Shown here piece by piece: positions 1 through 13,577 of a stretch of 64,000 nt of DNA. Below the pieces are notes generated by a model that had not been told where the DNA came from, searched no databases, and was given only the letters and a program-made list of their open reading frames with translations. The stretch is from assembly GCA_030264375.1 (NCBI GenBank), contig JASCQW010000119.1:10414781-10478780 (forward strand), read 5' to 3'. A program made the translations under genes and the position numbers. Positions within the stretch are counted from its first letter, which is position 1, and each line of letters starts with the position of its first letter. The DNA is from Carcharhinus longimanus. Its lineage: Eukaryota.

Positions 1-673
1 GTAGAGGAGACAAATGGGACAGGTAAAATGGGTGCTTGGTCAATGTTTGGGTGGACTTTGTGTCTTCAGCTCAGGGGGGGCCTCGCTCTCAGTCAAACGG
101 TGATGCTCCCGCATGCAGGTGATGAACACGCCTTCCACAATCTCGTCCAACAAGCAACAAACATAAAACGAACGGGGAGCAACCCCAAACTCATTCCGAC
201 TGCCCTCACCACCCTGAAATCAGTGAGAATTTCGAGAATCCAGGCTTCAAATCGCTTTGTTTTAGGTCTCTCTCTCTCCAAGCGGCAAACGTCATTTTCA
301 AGTAGCTCAACTCTCACTGTGGTACCAGCAGCAAATTCCGTGAATGATAATCTATCACGAGGTGGTGCTTAATGAGAATGTATCACTAAGACCACTGTAC
401 ATGCTGTTCCATGACTAATAGAGATTTGATATTTAATTTAAAACGACCATTCAAGGTAGATTCTTTGGCTAAATTGAACACTACCTCGAGCATCGGACAC
501 ACAATTACCAGCATTGTTTAAATCCGGTGAACACATATTGAAGGTTTCGTTTGATAAATCGCTGATGAAAGTAACGCACCGTTTCTGCACTACAGAGCTA
601 ACTGCTTGCAAGGCGTCCATGAAAGAGTTAGGTAAACGATAAAACTTTGTTTTGATGTTTTAAAAGTAAGGAA

Positions 674-698
674 TCTCTCTCTCTCTCTCTCTCTCTCT
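674..698. repeat. (TC)n microsatellite
   Basis: Direct reading: tctctctctctctctctctctctct. Confidence 0.95.
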
Positions 699-2699
699 GC
701 ACCATTGGACAACGTGTTCACATCGAAATCGAGTATACAATCTTCATTTAACCATCTGTCTCCAAGCGGTTTAACTGTCTTCCTCTGAAACCCTGATTAA
801 TATGTATGGCTTTCTATCTTGGCATCATTCTGCTAAAGGTGAGCTCTATTTCCTTAAGAACCTTTATAATATTGTTGCAGGCGATGGTCACAGTTGCTCA
901 CCAGAACGGCAATAAAATTGAACGAGGCATTTATGAAACTGTTGAATAATGCGCACATAAAATTATATCAAACTCTTCATGTTTCAAAGGTTGATGTTCC
1001 GGTATTTTTCGTAATTAAATCACTTGCCCTTTCACAGAGGACATGTGGGAATCAAAGGATGAAGGTGATTTTTGTTTTGCATGTTGTGACGGCATGAAAA
1101 CATCGTATATATTCGATTGTTTATGTACCCAACAAAACAAAACCCTTGGGAATGTATGAAGATATGGTTCAGTGGATCTTTGGCCTCTGCAACCGCATAA
1201 ATTAAACATCATATCTCATAATCCGGACTAGAATCCACTGCAATTATGCAGCGTTTTTTTTTCAGATCGACTGTCACATATATGAGTCTTTAATGCAATC
1301 TCTCCCGGTTGCGTTAACCACCACATATCCCATAATCAACATAATATCAAAAAATAAAATACATCATGTTATGTTAAATGTTGCTTGTTGAGCCGTTTTG
1401 TCCGAAACATTATCTTTGGAATATCTGAAGAACATTCACATCAGGAATGGCATTTGAATTTCATGAGGTTCTCGGAAAACTGCTTTCACTTCTTTGAAAA
1501 AAAATCTTTTGGCCAATTGACACTGGTATTATATTTATTTTAACGAGAAACAACCTACCATGGATTTAAAATTATCACGTGATCCTACCTCAATAGATAT
1601 TTACATACGCAATTCCTAATTAGTTTGTTGGAGAGTTTGCATCAACTTGATTATGTTGCCTAAGCAAGTAAATTACGTGACATAAAGCTTTGTTGTTTCT
1701 CTTCGTATTTTGTGTAATCTGGATAACGTGCATGTCAAGTTATATATTGCGACATGTACACTAGATACTTTTATTTTATTTTCCGCAATTTAGTTCCATG
1801 ATTGCATTCCGCATCAGGCGAATATCGCACTCCAATCCGCTCAACATCAATGCAACCAATATTAAGGTGTAGTTGTAAAATAACTTGTTCCATTGGTAGT
1901 CTAACCAGCGATTAGAATAACACATACACAAGCCACAGCCCAATGCACTTAACTGGGTTATTAAATATTGAAAACAACTTACAGTTTTTCAAACAACGTG
2001 TACATTGGTTTATGGTTGGGAAGGTGCCCGAAAAATGTTTTTTATTTCCCCTCCAAAATTAACTTTGCTTTCGATGAATCCTAGAAAATATGCATGACAT
2101 GCATTCTGCTAAAGTATTGAAAATTGAAATTAAATAATTCAAGGTATTTTATGTTGTTGTTTGCCAAACTGCAGAACAAGAGGCAAGGAATAGGCTTCAT
2201 GACAGATCATAGCGGATAGTTTCCGAGGGACAAAAAATCTCCGCAGAATATTTGAAATGCAACGCACTCTCTCGAAACACCATCACTTGCTAATTTCTAT
2301 GTTGTTGTCAAAACATTCTCCTACCTTTTTTTTCCTTGGGATATGTATTTTTTGCCCCCCTCTCCCACCCTGGCCCTCTATTTTAATACACTTTGACATC
2401 GAAAAATCATTGTCAGTAACATTTAAAAGGAGTAACAAACTGAGTTTCAATCCCGCCACTGAGACCGGAGTGAGAAAGGAAAGATTTGAACACAAAAGTC
2501 CGGCTGTGTCGATAGATTTTCTGATAAAATAGGAAAACGATGGTGATTGAACATGCAAGGAAAAACGACTAAATGGTATCCGAAGATGAAAATGAAGCAC
2601 GTAAGCAGAACTCATAATCATGTTCATTGCCTCAAAAATACCCTGTGCAAGAGAACGTGGACATGATTTCATCTGCCAATCTTTTCCATTCCACATTTC

Positions 2700-3240
2700 G
2701 GAGGAACGTAAGAAATAAGAGCAGGAGTAGGCCATCTAGCCCTTCGCGCCTGCCCCGCCAATCAATAAGATCATGACTGATCTGAAGTGGATCAACTCCA
2801 CCTTCCCACTTTCCCCCCATAACCCATAATGCCCNNNNNNNNNNNNNNNNNNNNNNNNNNNNNNNNNNNNNNNNNNNNNNNNNNNNNNNNNNNNNNNNNN
2901 NNNNNNNNNNNNNNNNNNNNNNNNNNNNNNNNNNACTTTCTGCTCTTTGGTTCCTATATCATCCCTTGCTACCACCCTGATGCTATCCTTAATCAGCAGA
3001 GCTACGCCCCCTCCTTTTTCCTCTCGCATGTCCTTCCTAAACACTTGATACCCCTGGACATTCAGCTCCCAGTCCATGTCACCCTCTAACCACGTTTCCG
3101 TCATGACAAATAGATCATATCCATTCCTGCTGATTTGCGCCATCACCTGATTCACTTTGTTCCGAATGCTTCGTGCATTCAGGTAAAGTGTCTTCATACC
3201 AGCCGTTATCTGGACCTTATTTGTAGAAACGCTACTAACC
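2700..3240 (-). mobile_element. CR1 LINE remnant spanning an assembly gap (AP-endonuclease start plus 3' tail)
   Basis: Minus ORF 2736..3350 contains LYLNARSIRNK..YDLFVMTETWL..YQVFRKD..KGGGVALLIKD, the CR1 APE motifs. 2700-2834 is a reverse-oriented CR1 3' tail (gaacgtaagaaataagagcaggagtaggccat...). Confidence 0.9.
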
Positions 3241-4499
3241 TCTGTCCTGCCCCTTACTCCTTTTATTCGGCAGAATATCTGCTTCATTTTGATAGGGTAC
3301 GTTGAAAAATACACAAAGGTGAATCTGCATAATTCACGAGAGACGAACACAAATAGACGTATTGAAATACGAAAACTTATAAGATTGTCTTCCGTGCCAG
3401 CAACGCCCTAAGCAAAAAGAGAACGCATTTCAGTGCGTTGTTTTTTGTCTTGGCACATGACAATCGGGCCATCTATGTCAAGGGCACATTCTTCGATAAA
3501 CATAGTATCCGGGGAGTAAGTGCACCACGTCGATCCACACAAGAGTGCACACGCAGGAGGAAATGAAATTGGCCTCCAAAAATGAAAAAGATTGTGGAAT
3601 AATGGTCCGACATAGAATTTGCACACAATTCGCGATGTTTCTAAACAGACTCGTTAACCATGTTTGAGTGACATGACGAGCGTAAATCACTGCAACTAAA
3701 TGAAACATCGGGGAACCGGTGCCACCGAGTGAAACATTAGTCAATTTTAATGTCAAGAAAAACGAAGAGTCATGTTTTTGGCAGGAGATATGCTGAGTCA
3801 GGAGATGAAAATGCTTCGTTACTAAGTTGGAAGGAAGCCATTTTCATAATAGAGTGTATGTAATGTCACGGTATCAGGATATGGTAAACTTTTAAAAGGA
3901 ATGCCAACATTTTCAGTCGTCAGTTAATTAATCGAGGCTCAGGTATCTGTGACTAGTCGGCTGATTCCAAATTATTATTTGAAACTTAACGGTAGGTCCT
4001 ACATCTTTCACCTTTATATAGTATTTTCTGGAAAGGCGAAAACGAAAATACGATCACATGTCATACAAATTAGAAGCAAGATTGCGCCAGTCGAGCCCCT
4101 CACACCATTCAGAAAGATTATTCGCGAACTGTTTGCATCTTGGCTATCACACCTCTGCCTGCTGCTTATCAGCTTTCACAAGCGTGTTCCTGCCTTCAGG
4201 ACCTTAAAATCTTCGAACGATAAAGTAACAAAGCAAAAACTTGTTTCCACAAAAATGCATTGATAACTTATTTAATCATTCCTTTCTAAGTCGTTTGTAT
4301 CAATCTTACCTGATCGCTACTCGAATTATCATAAACTCTTAAATGCGTTTAACAATTAAACGTTGAGCATTGTCTTCATCCATGGATGTCAAAGTACATG
4401 CGGCAAAGGCGAGAAAAAGTGGTTTTCAGCTTAATTCTGGATACTGGCAGCCAAGTTCATCTTCATTATTTAATTAATTTATTTGCCGTTTTGCTGAAG

Positions 4500-4523
4500 A
4501 TGAACCACGCAAGATCAATGAAG
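4500..4523 (+). CDS. Candidate 24-nt phase-1 micro-exon (DEPRKINE), possibly part of the coiled-coil gene
   Basis: ttttgctgaag|ATGAACCACGCAAGATCAATGAAG|gtaagg: strong donor, length a multiple of 3, ends in G like the other micro-exons. Confidence 0.5.
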
Positions 4524-6975
4524 GTAAGGACATCATTTTATTTTGAAACAGCTTTGTTTTTCTAGGGGGGCATTTTGAATTGTTGCCTTTGACAAATATA
4601 AGAGCAGCTGAAATAGTTTGGGGGATGGAGGTGAATGCGAATTACATATTGTTTGACAATCTTGTCAGCGCAATTTCGCTGTTAACGAACTAATTTCTCA
4701 GTCACAATGCAAACTTGAATCTGGCGATTTGTTCAGTTAATTTATGTAACCACGTTGCTCTGCGGCACTGAGGAGTATTTTGCTCTCAGGTTGTTCCCTC
4801 CAGACTTGCAAAGTGGTGGGTTCGATCAAAAAAAGGCAATATTCTATTTTAATGACTCATTGAGAAACAGAATTTTCGCCGCTGAAAGTGCTACTTAAAG
4901 TTTTCCCTTTCCAATTTGAACTTTCCAAGTCTGTTCGGACGACATAGATCATAGGGACAAGATGAAACCTGTTAACAACAACCTGAGCAAATTTGATCCA
5001 CAGTCAAACTCGTAACCAATTGAAAGGCCAGCAGCTTGTTAGTTTTCACATGCATTCTCCCAAAACCAGTTCCACCAGCATTCTTGTCATGCAATGTTTC
5101 CACACTATACATGACTTTAAACAACTCCTGCATCTTTTTCTTGCGAAAGGCCACCATTTTCTTCGCTCGTTCTTGCTGCAAAGAACTTTGGTTAAAGCTA
5201 AAACAATTGCTCGATATTCAAGTTCACGGGCTCTAAGTTCCCCACACCCTTCAGAAAACTTGGAAGCCACATTGAGGTATGAACTCCATATTAACGTCGA
5301 AACTTAAGTGTATGAAATTCCACAATCTATTTTACCCGAGTTTATTTACACCTGCGATCCAGGTATGTTAACAGTTACGTCTTTCATCTTGTGTTGTTAC
5401 ACGTAAAGCTGTCTGATCTTTCACCCTCCATATAATTGTCACAATCTTACAATTGTTTCATTTTGTACTTCTATGGCCTAAAATAAATTAGCCGATCGTA
5501 TGTCAATTTAGTTTCACCCGCGTCATACGCACCAATTGCAGAAAACCCTGTCTTTCCTCATATGGTCCAGATTTTGGAGTATTTGTACGTGTTGAAATCG
5601 TGCCTTGGACACCCAAGTACAGGAAACGCTGTGGTATAAATTCAACCAGTCCGAAAAAAAAGTTTGTCATTCAATATCTGTCCACGACACTCGCCTACCT
5701 TGCGATGCAATGAGCCGATATTAATGTTGATGTACTTCCACCATTTTTTTCTGATAACACATAAGATTTTGGAAAACTTATTTTCAGGTCTGTTATCAAG
5801 TCAAAGTAGAAAGAAAAATTGCTTGAACATACTTCGGGCTCTAAATAATTTTATTGTCATTCCTGAATTAACCTGATAAACGGCAGAACAAATCGACTCA
5901 ATCTGCCAGTATCCAGAATTGAGCAGAACATCAATAGTTAATATTTCATCTGGCAAATGGCAATGTTTTGTGTTCCGAGTACGTTTCACTGACGGATTCT
6001 ACTTGGGGTAATGTTCTAAGGCACGGGAATGGTGCCTGCCTGGATTGTGGTGGATGCGGTCTCGATGGGCCGACTGACCTTGCTCTCACTGTGGGTATTC
6101 TTCGCATGCTATTAATATAATGTCGTTCCTGTTACTGTGTGCTAATGTTTGCTTTTCAGATGATCGTTCGATATAAATGAGGATCGGAATTTGAATGGCC
6201 CCCATCTCATACTTGTGGGAATTGTCGTGGTTCCCCAATACGACAACTTATTTAACCCGATTGAAACAGAGAGTCTGAGTCGTAAACCTCCAAGCAGTAG
6301 ACTTCATTTTCCAGCACAAAAGAATAAAGCCGGGATGTCCGGAACACTCCAATGAATCATTCTGCTTACAGTCTTTTTATGCACATTACAGCTCCATNNN
6401 NNNNNNNNNNNNNNNNNNNNNNNNNNNNNNNNNNNNNNNNNNNNNNNNNNNNNNNNNNNNNNNNNNNNNNNNNNNNNNNNNNNNNNNNNNNNNNNNNNNN
6501 NNNNNNNNNNNNNNNNNNNNNNNNNNNNNNNNNNNNNNNNNNNNNNNNNNNNNNNNNNNNNNNNNNNNNNNNNNNNNNNNNNNNNNNNNNNNNNNNNNNN
6601 NNNNNNNNNNNNNNNNNNNNNNNNNNNNNNNNNNNNNNNNNNNNNNNNNNNNNNNNNNNNNNNNNNNNNNNNNNNNNNNNNNNNNNNNNNNNNNNNNNNN
6701 NNNNNNNNNNNNNNNNNNNNNNNNNNNNNNNNNNNNNNNNNNNNNNNNNNNNNNNNNNNNNNNNNNNNNNNNNNNNNNNNNNNNNNNNNNNNNNNNNNNN
6801 NNNNNNNNNNNNNNNNNNNNNNNNNNNNNNNNNNNNNNNNNNNNNNNNNNNNNNNNNNNNNNNNNNNNNNNNNNNNNNNNNNNNNNNNNNNNNNNNNNNN
6901 NNNNNNNNNNNNNNNNNNNNNNNNNNNNNNNNNNNNNNNNNNNNNNNNNNNNNNNNNNNNNNNNNNNNNNNNNNN

Positions 6976-7145
6976 CAGTTGTAGATGCGCCAAGTTTGGG
7001 GGCGTTTAAGAGGTCCGTGGATAGGTTTATGGATGGAAAGGGAATGGTTTAGATTCGAGGGTCATTGCTTTTTTTCTTAATTGGTCGGCGCAACATCGAG
7101 GGCCGAAGGGCCTCTTCTGCGCTGTAACGTTCTATGTTCTATGAT
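6976..7145 (+). mobile_element. CR1 LINE 3' end
   Basis: ggtcggcgcaacatcgagggccgaagggcct...ttctatgttctatg terminal motif, directly after a gap. Confidence 0.85.
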
Positions 7146-7199
7146 ATTCTGCGGATCGCCATTCACTCCTGCCATACCACTTTTAATTACTCCGCACCA

Positions 7200-7370
7200 A
7201 AATTAGCAAACTGACCAGCAGGGTACCCAGACAGAGCTCCTCGCTCTGTCTGGGTACAGCCCGTTACGTTTAACTAGATCCAACATTCCCCAGTGGCTGA
7301 AGAATGTGTATCCATCTCGGCCACACTGGTTCTGCAGCCATGTGATGAGTTTCACTATCTCTCGCCACCA
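7200..7370 (-). mobile_element. CR1 ORF1 esterase (SGNH-like) fragment
   Basis: Minus translation REIVKLITWLQNQCGRDGYTFFSHW..LVKRNGLYPD resembles the CR1 ORF1 motif W..G F.F..HW...DGLH.N. Confidence 0.6.
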
Positions 7371-7459
7371 CCAACCCTCCCCACCACCCCCCACCACCCT
7401 CCCACCTGCTTATTAATGTTCTGGCCAGCACGGAAAACTGTGAATGAACGTAAGATTGC

Positions 7460-8640
7460 CTTTGATTTAATTTGATTTGATTTATTGTCAGATGTATAAT
7501 GTGTGAAAGGTCTGGTCTCATGCGCACCATGCAGACAAATGAAACGATTCATACTGTGCATAAAGAAGGAAGAAAGGAGAGGGTGTTGACTCACTTGTTA
7601 TAGTTATACGTATCCCGCAGGCGAAAATCAGTTTAATATATCATATATCTAACAAAACTGTGATGGCAACAGAGAACAATGTATAGTTGAGTCGCTTGGC
7701 GTTTTTAACATTGTGTAGCTTTTTTTTTCCCATGGAATTAGGTGCAAGAGAGTGTCTCCGGGGTGTGCATGGTCCTTGATAACGCTGCTTGCTTTTCGAA
7801 GGCAGCGAGAAGTATAGATAGACTCAATGGATGGGAGGTCTTGGTCAGATAAGGAAGCAGACAAAGCTGAAATGCATCCAGAAATCATGTTTTCTGTTGT
7901 GTATCTGTAAAAACGCTGGGAGTCGCAGCGATCATAAGGTATTTACTCAGCTACCTGAGAAGTTATACGCCGTGATGGAGTTTCCGAACCATAGCGTTGA
8001 TGTGGAGGGAACACGGATATGATGTTTGTGATCTGAACATCTAGAAACTTGAAGCTGTCAATCATTTCAACTTGATTATCGTTGCTGTGGACAGGGACGT
8101 GTCATCAATTACGTTTCCTGAAGTAAATGGCAACCTGTTTTGTATTACGGAAATTGACGGAGAGATTATTGTTGCATCATTTCAACAAATTTTTCACCTC
8201 TTTCTTATATGTCTGCGCCCCGTTGTTTTAGATACAAAAAATTACAAGGGTGTAATCAGTAAGCTTGACGTTGGAGTTGGAGCAGGTATTTGCCACATGA
8301 TGATAAGTGTATAAAATGTAACGGGGTTAGGACACAGCCTTGCGGGACAATGTAAAGGAAAATCTTGGATGAGGTGTCTCCTTTTTTCTCTCCTTCTGAA
8401 ATACGATATGTTGGGAAATTTAGTCAAGAGACGAAAGACCTGAGCCTGTGTGCACGTGTTTACAGTTGAGTATTAATGGAAGAACGGTGTTGAAAGCTGA
8501 GTTCCAGTCAGTAAATTAAAATCAGGCATTTATCCTTCCTATTAGTGTGTTCCAGGGTGAGTAAAAGCGTCTGCTCTAGTTTTGTTGCGGCGATAGTGAC
8601 CATGAAATCTAGGAGACGGGAGATGACGCGTGGCATGACT
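7460..8640 (-). mobile_element. Rex1/Babar-type LINE, decayed 3' part
   Basis: Minus ORF 7649..7888 LPSIESIYTSRCLRKASSVIKDHAHPGDTLLHLIP is typical of the Rex1 C-terminus. A (TTTGA)n tail lies at ~7460-7485 and RT remnants extend to ~8600. Confidence 0.7.
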
Positions 8641-9419
8641 TGACTTTTAATTTATCTCCTGATTTCCTGCACTCAACTAGATACTATGCTTCCCTTTGTT
8701 TAAGTATATATTTAATACCACTGCACAGCATGATTACTGGATTTTCACTGACCCTCTCAGATTTTTTTCCCGAGTCATTCCATGACGTTCCAAAATCTTG
8801 CATCAGCGAAGCAACTGTACCCTTCCTGATTCATATTTGCGACCACAGTAATATTTTTCTGTGTCTATTACAATTCAGTTGCCTTTTTCTATAACCCAAT
8901 AATTCGTTTTCCTTAGGCAAATCTAGAAATCAGTACGGTGAACCTGGCTGAATCTCTATTCAGTGGGAGGTTCCCTCCTCAACATTTTCCAAATGGTTGC
9001 GTCTTTTTGAGATGGGGTGAGTACAGGGGATTCTGCAACACCATCCTGAGTCTTTTACTATTCCTGATGGTCACCCCTTCCATTTTTGCCCGTCCAATCT
9101 TCATTTGCAGGGTGATCAACATGCTAATCTTGCTGTCCCCGACTTGGTCAACACCGCGGATTCTCCATTGTGAGTCCACCACAGAGACAGCTCTGAAATC
9201 TGTTTAGCTATGAGCAACATTTGAACACACCTTCTACAAATATGGTCAAGCGGGAAGCAGGACAGACATTGTGCAGAAGGCGGGTATCACGGAACTCAGG
9301 TCTCCTGCCGTGACGTTCCTCTCGATGCATCAAGTCACCATTTAGCAATGTCCTTTTGCTAGGGGGAACTTTTACACGAATTAGGAACGTTGTTTTTTTT
9401 TTGTGCGTCGTTTCAATGT

Positions 9420-9905
9420 TATTATCTCACGTTGATTCGTAGCATGGCAGGGCTGGTATTCGAGGAGAGTTTAGGTCTGTTAAGATGACATTCATTGGAG
9501 TACAGAGAGTGATTGGGGAATGTCAGAGAAATTTTGCAAATTTTAAAGGGGTTAGAAAGGGACATAATAAGAACAAATGTTTCCCATGGCTGGAGAATCC
9601 AGGCAAAGGGGTAATAATTGGAGGATTGGACAAAGAACGATTAGGCCTGAAGGGAGGAGAAGTTAGTTCACCCCAGAGAGTGGTGGATTTGAGTCATTCA
9701 TTGCAGCCAAATGTAGATGAGACCAAAACATTGTGGGATTTCAAGAAGAAATTAGATACAGCTATTTGGGCTAAAGTGATAAAGGGATATTTTAGGCAGT
9801 TGCCTTCTTGATATTGAATATGGTGGTCAGCCATGATAATGAGTTTCGGCAGAGCAGTCTCGAAGTGTCGAATGGTTTACATCTGCATTTTTGTTTCTGT
9901 GTTTT
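9420..9905 (+). mobile_element. CR1 LINE 3' fragment, decayed
   Basis: cagagagtggtggattt..., tgggctaaagtgataaagggata, gatggtcagccatgat-like and gaatggtttacatctgc tail motifs. Confidence 0.75.
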
Positions 9906-10399
9906 TTATGTGTCAATATTTGATTCCAATCAAACACTTTAATTATAATTGTACAGTTCTACATTTTTAGTCCTCCATTTTTCTTCAACTGCATGTAAAT
10001 TGTTAAGAAAAAAATCCAAACTCTCTTTGGCATTCCTATGGTCAAGGAAGAACGTGATAGGAACAGTTCTCCAAGGAGTCAAGGAAATTTCTGGCGCAGA
10101 ATGAAATACTTTGCAGTCAGGACAAATATTCAAGCAAGGTCATGCGTGGAAGAGGGAACTCACAATGTTAAAATGGCGGCGCGGGCTCGTTGGGCCGAAG
10201 GGTCTGTTTCTTGTGCTGTGTTGTTCTTTGTTCTTTGTTCTTTAACTTATCGAATCATATTGAAGGAACATCAAAATACTTCCAATGCAATATTGTGTGA
10301 GTTTGTTGGAACACGTATTGGACTGGTTGCCTATTTATTCGTACGTCAGGCGCGTTTAATTAATTCAACTAATCATTTTGGAAAACATTATTTATTAGT

Positions 10400-10665
10400 C
10401 TCACAACTAGGCTTACATTAACACTCCCGTGAAATTACTGTGAAAGTTGTTTTGTTGCAAAACTCTAGCGCCTTTCCAAGAACATTGAAGTTGAATTTAG
10501 CATGGCGGATGCATGCGTCGTTCGGACTGTGGGACGGAAAGAGAGCACCCACAGGAAACCCACGCTGTCACGTGGAGAACGTATAGACTCCTCATGGAAA
10601 GTGATCCAGTCCGGGAATTGAACACCATCCCCTGACACTGCAAGGTAGCACTGCTATCATTAGGA
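10400..10665 (-). mobile_element. tRNA-derived SINE (HE1-related core)
   Basis: ttcggactgtgggacggaaagagagcacccacaggaaacccacgc...gggaattgaac is the reverse of the V-SINE core and B-box. Confidence 0.75.
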
Positions 10666-10757
10666 CCTGGAAGGGTTGCGGCTGTGTAGATTTTACTCGT
10701 CGCCCTGGTGAGATTAGAGCATTGGGAATTTTTACGAATTTTGGATTGTGAGCCTGT

Positions 10758-13577
10758 TGCGAAATTGAGTTTTTTAAGATGTCAGGAATGTTTGTAAAGG
10801 TATTGAAATTTGTAAAAAAAAAATAGACGGAAATAAAAGAGTATGGTCCCTTTAGGGGCCGTTTTGAGTTACGCCATGAAATGCAGAATCCACAGACTCC
10901 ATGTTGCAGCAGTTTTATGAGAAAGACCAAGAGCATCAAGGTTGCTTTTGCCACTGGCTCTGCAAGTTTTTGCATTTTTTTTTAGCCCATGATTTTACAT
11001 AAAACACCAAATTCTTAACAGCCTAACAGGATTGAATGTGATATTGTTGACAAAATCAAACCAAACCAGGAGTTAGTATATTTTGAGGTCATAGCAAGTA
11101 CAAATGTCAAAATAACAGCGATTTGAGAGAAGAATTTCTTGGAAGGACATTTCCCGGAGAAAGAGCAACCAGACAAAGATCAAGCAGGCATCTCTGGAGC
11201 CTCTCTTCACCCTGCCAAATAGCTATAAAGGGAATTATCTAGCTATCTAACAGAAGGATACCAGGTCAGAAAGAGCGTACAGACAGCGTACAACTGCAGA
11301 ATAACTCCAAGCCTGCCGAACACGAGCAGGTATGGTTATATATTTTGAGAAACTAAAATTCTAGCATTACTCTGTTGCGAATTAACGCGTACTGTACTCT
11401 TCGTACTGCGTTTCAGTCGAAAAGTGTTCCTTGTTTTCTCAAACTTCCTGGTTATTTAAATGAAACATTTCTTTTTATTTATTTGCTTAAAGCGAATGGC
11501 AGGCCTTTATGTTAATGAATCTTAACTAAAACAGTTAACACGTTCCATAATATTTTAACTGATTACAGCATGAAGTAAGGTGAATTAACGCCTGTGGTGT
11601 AATAGACTATCGGCTAAAGTCCTGATTTGAACATTTCGAAAGGGATATGCACGGTAGCGAACAGGATTTCAATAGTCCTAAACGAGATCTGAGCAGTCCG
11701 AAGCATTTAAGTGAACCCTAAGGGAGGAATCTGAAATTCCTTAAATCTTTCAGCTACACCTCAGAGGCGAGATTGATCTGAACATTTTGAAAGATGGTTT
11801 GGGTGTCAACAAGGCTTCATACGTTTGTCAAGAAACTTGAGAGAAACAGAAACAGATTATACTTGTAGAAGTAACAAACAAGCAAAAAGTATGTGTCACC
11901 TGGAAGAATAAGAACAGTTGAATTATAATGGAGTTAGTTCCACAATTGTGTCCAGCAGAGAAACAGGCAAGTGCAGTGAAGATCAAATTGCAACTGAAAA
12001 AAAATATAAAAAAGCTGGAGTTAGAGAATGAGGAAAAAGTAAAGGGAAGCGTCAGAGAACGGGAAAAAAAAAGAAGGACCCGGCAGATGAAAGGGATAAC
12101 GAGAGGGAAAAGAAAGAGAAAGCGAAAGAGAAAGGTTATTTGAGTTTGAAAAGAGAAAGTTGGAATTCGAGATAAAATACTTCAAATGACAGCACAAAGA
12201 GTAATAGATAGAATCTCAGGTAGCAGTGATAGTTAACAATTTCAGCATAGTCAATTGCCTAATATATGAATATGCAAATATGTGTAGGCACTGCTAAAAG
12301 TACTTGAGAAGGATGCAGAAGCATTTCTTCATATCCTTTGAAAAATGGCTACACGAAGGAAACGGCCAGAGGAGTTGTGGTAACATTAGTTCAAACTAAA
12401 TGTGTAGGCAGTACTAGTGGTCAGAGGAGGTGGTTGTAAAGTTTGCACGTGTTCCTCGTGTCTGCGTGGGTTTCCTCCGGGTGCTCCGGTTTCCTCCCAC
12501 AGTCCAGAACTGTGTGGGTTAGGTTGATTGGCCATGCTAAAATTGCCCCTTAGTGTCCTAACATCCTTAGGTTAGAGGGATTAATGAGTAATAATATGTA
12601 GGAAATTAAATTGCAAAGTGACTAAATTACAAAACAAATTTAAAGCATCTTCTCAAGTTAATGGTTCACATTTTTTCGTAGGGCGTAGTACTGCGAAGCT
12701 GAGACTGTAAGGATGTGAAGAATGTCTATGAAAATGTAAAACATGCTAGCGGGAAAGAAAACAGCGCTGGTTCCCTTAAAAATCGGGTTCTATCTATGTA
12801 CTGAAGTGTACATGAGCAGTCTCCAAGTTCCAATAATTGTTTCAAAATTACCAAATACATCAAGTGTCCGCAGGATTTTGCATTTTCTTCGCCTATGAGC
12901 TGAAAGAGGATATTGAACTGCTAGCCTACGAGTTTACAGAAGACACTCAACTATTAAGAACCCATGGGATTTTAACTTGAATGTTAACAAAATCAAATTT
13001 ATTGTGATCTAAGAAATTTGCGAGGGCACACCAGGTAAAAAAAAACGCAGAAGTATCAACCAATTCAGGGAAGAAAATCTTGGAAGACTTTTTCCAGAGG
13101 CTAGGGCAGCCAGTCAAAGAAGTCGGCATTCACTTCCAGAGCAGCTTTCCCCCAGACCTCTCCCCGGCAGTTTAAATAGCTCTTAACATAATTATCCGGC
13201 TATCTAACAGAAATGAAGTAAGTCAAAACGGCCTTACAGATAGATGACAACGAATGAAAAACTCCGAAATTCCCGAAGGCTACAAACTAAGTTTTAGAAA
13301 TATTGTTTTCTGAAGGACTTTCATTTCGTTATTACTATTTTAGTAATGAATATTCTCTTTATTAATCGAACAGCATTTAAGTTTCAACGTATTTTGCTAA
13401 ATACGTTAATTGCTAATTAAATTTCCTGGTTATTTACATAAATTACCTTGTTAATTAATCACTTAAAGCGAGTGCCAAGTCTTAATGATAATAAATCTAA
13501 AAGTGATTTACAAAAAAAAAGTTTTTTTTTACCAGATTATGCCGCAAGGTAAAGGAGATTAGCCGCTGTGTCATAAG
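10758..13577 (+). mobile_element. Internally deleted Gypsy LTR retrotransposon with two diverged LTRs (~10758-11604 and ~12692-13577) and a gag remnant
   Basis: Colinear similarity between the LTRs: tgcgaa..gag starts, tcttggaag..ac..tt.cc.gag, attatc..gctatctaacagaa, ttcctggttattta, cttaaagcga.tg. Internal 11790-12420 encodes a charged coiled region plus EKDAEAF..FEKMATRRKRPEELW.TLVQTKCVG (frameshifted), resembling fish/shark Gypsy gag. Confidence 0.75.
12430..12602 (+). mobile_element. 5'-truncated HE1-type SINE inserted in the Gypsy element
   Basis: gtctgcgtgggtttcctccgggtgctccggtttcctcccacagtcc...ggccatgctaaaattgcccctt core. Confidence 0.9.

Noticed and set aside
28-372. ORF with FSSSSTLTV resembling an Ig constant strand or J segment
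   Set aside because: No Ig Cys/Trp framework, no FGXG motif and no recombination signal seen.
806-950. Signal-peptide-like MAFYLGIILLK followed by a gtgagc donor and a nearby acceptor
   Set aside because: The implied intron is only ~42 nt and the frame stops quickly; no supporting downstream domain.
4972-5362. Four overlapping ORFs and a CAG|gtatgt donor
   Set aside because: No recognisable domain in any frame, and the nearest acceptor gives a 22-nt exon that does not fit the phase.
6304-6993. Long ORFs of 210-229 aa
   Set aside because: They consist of assembly-gap Ns.
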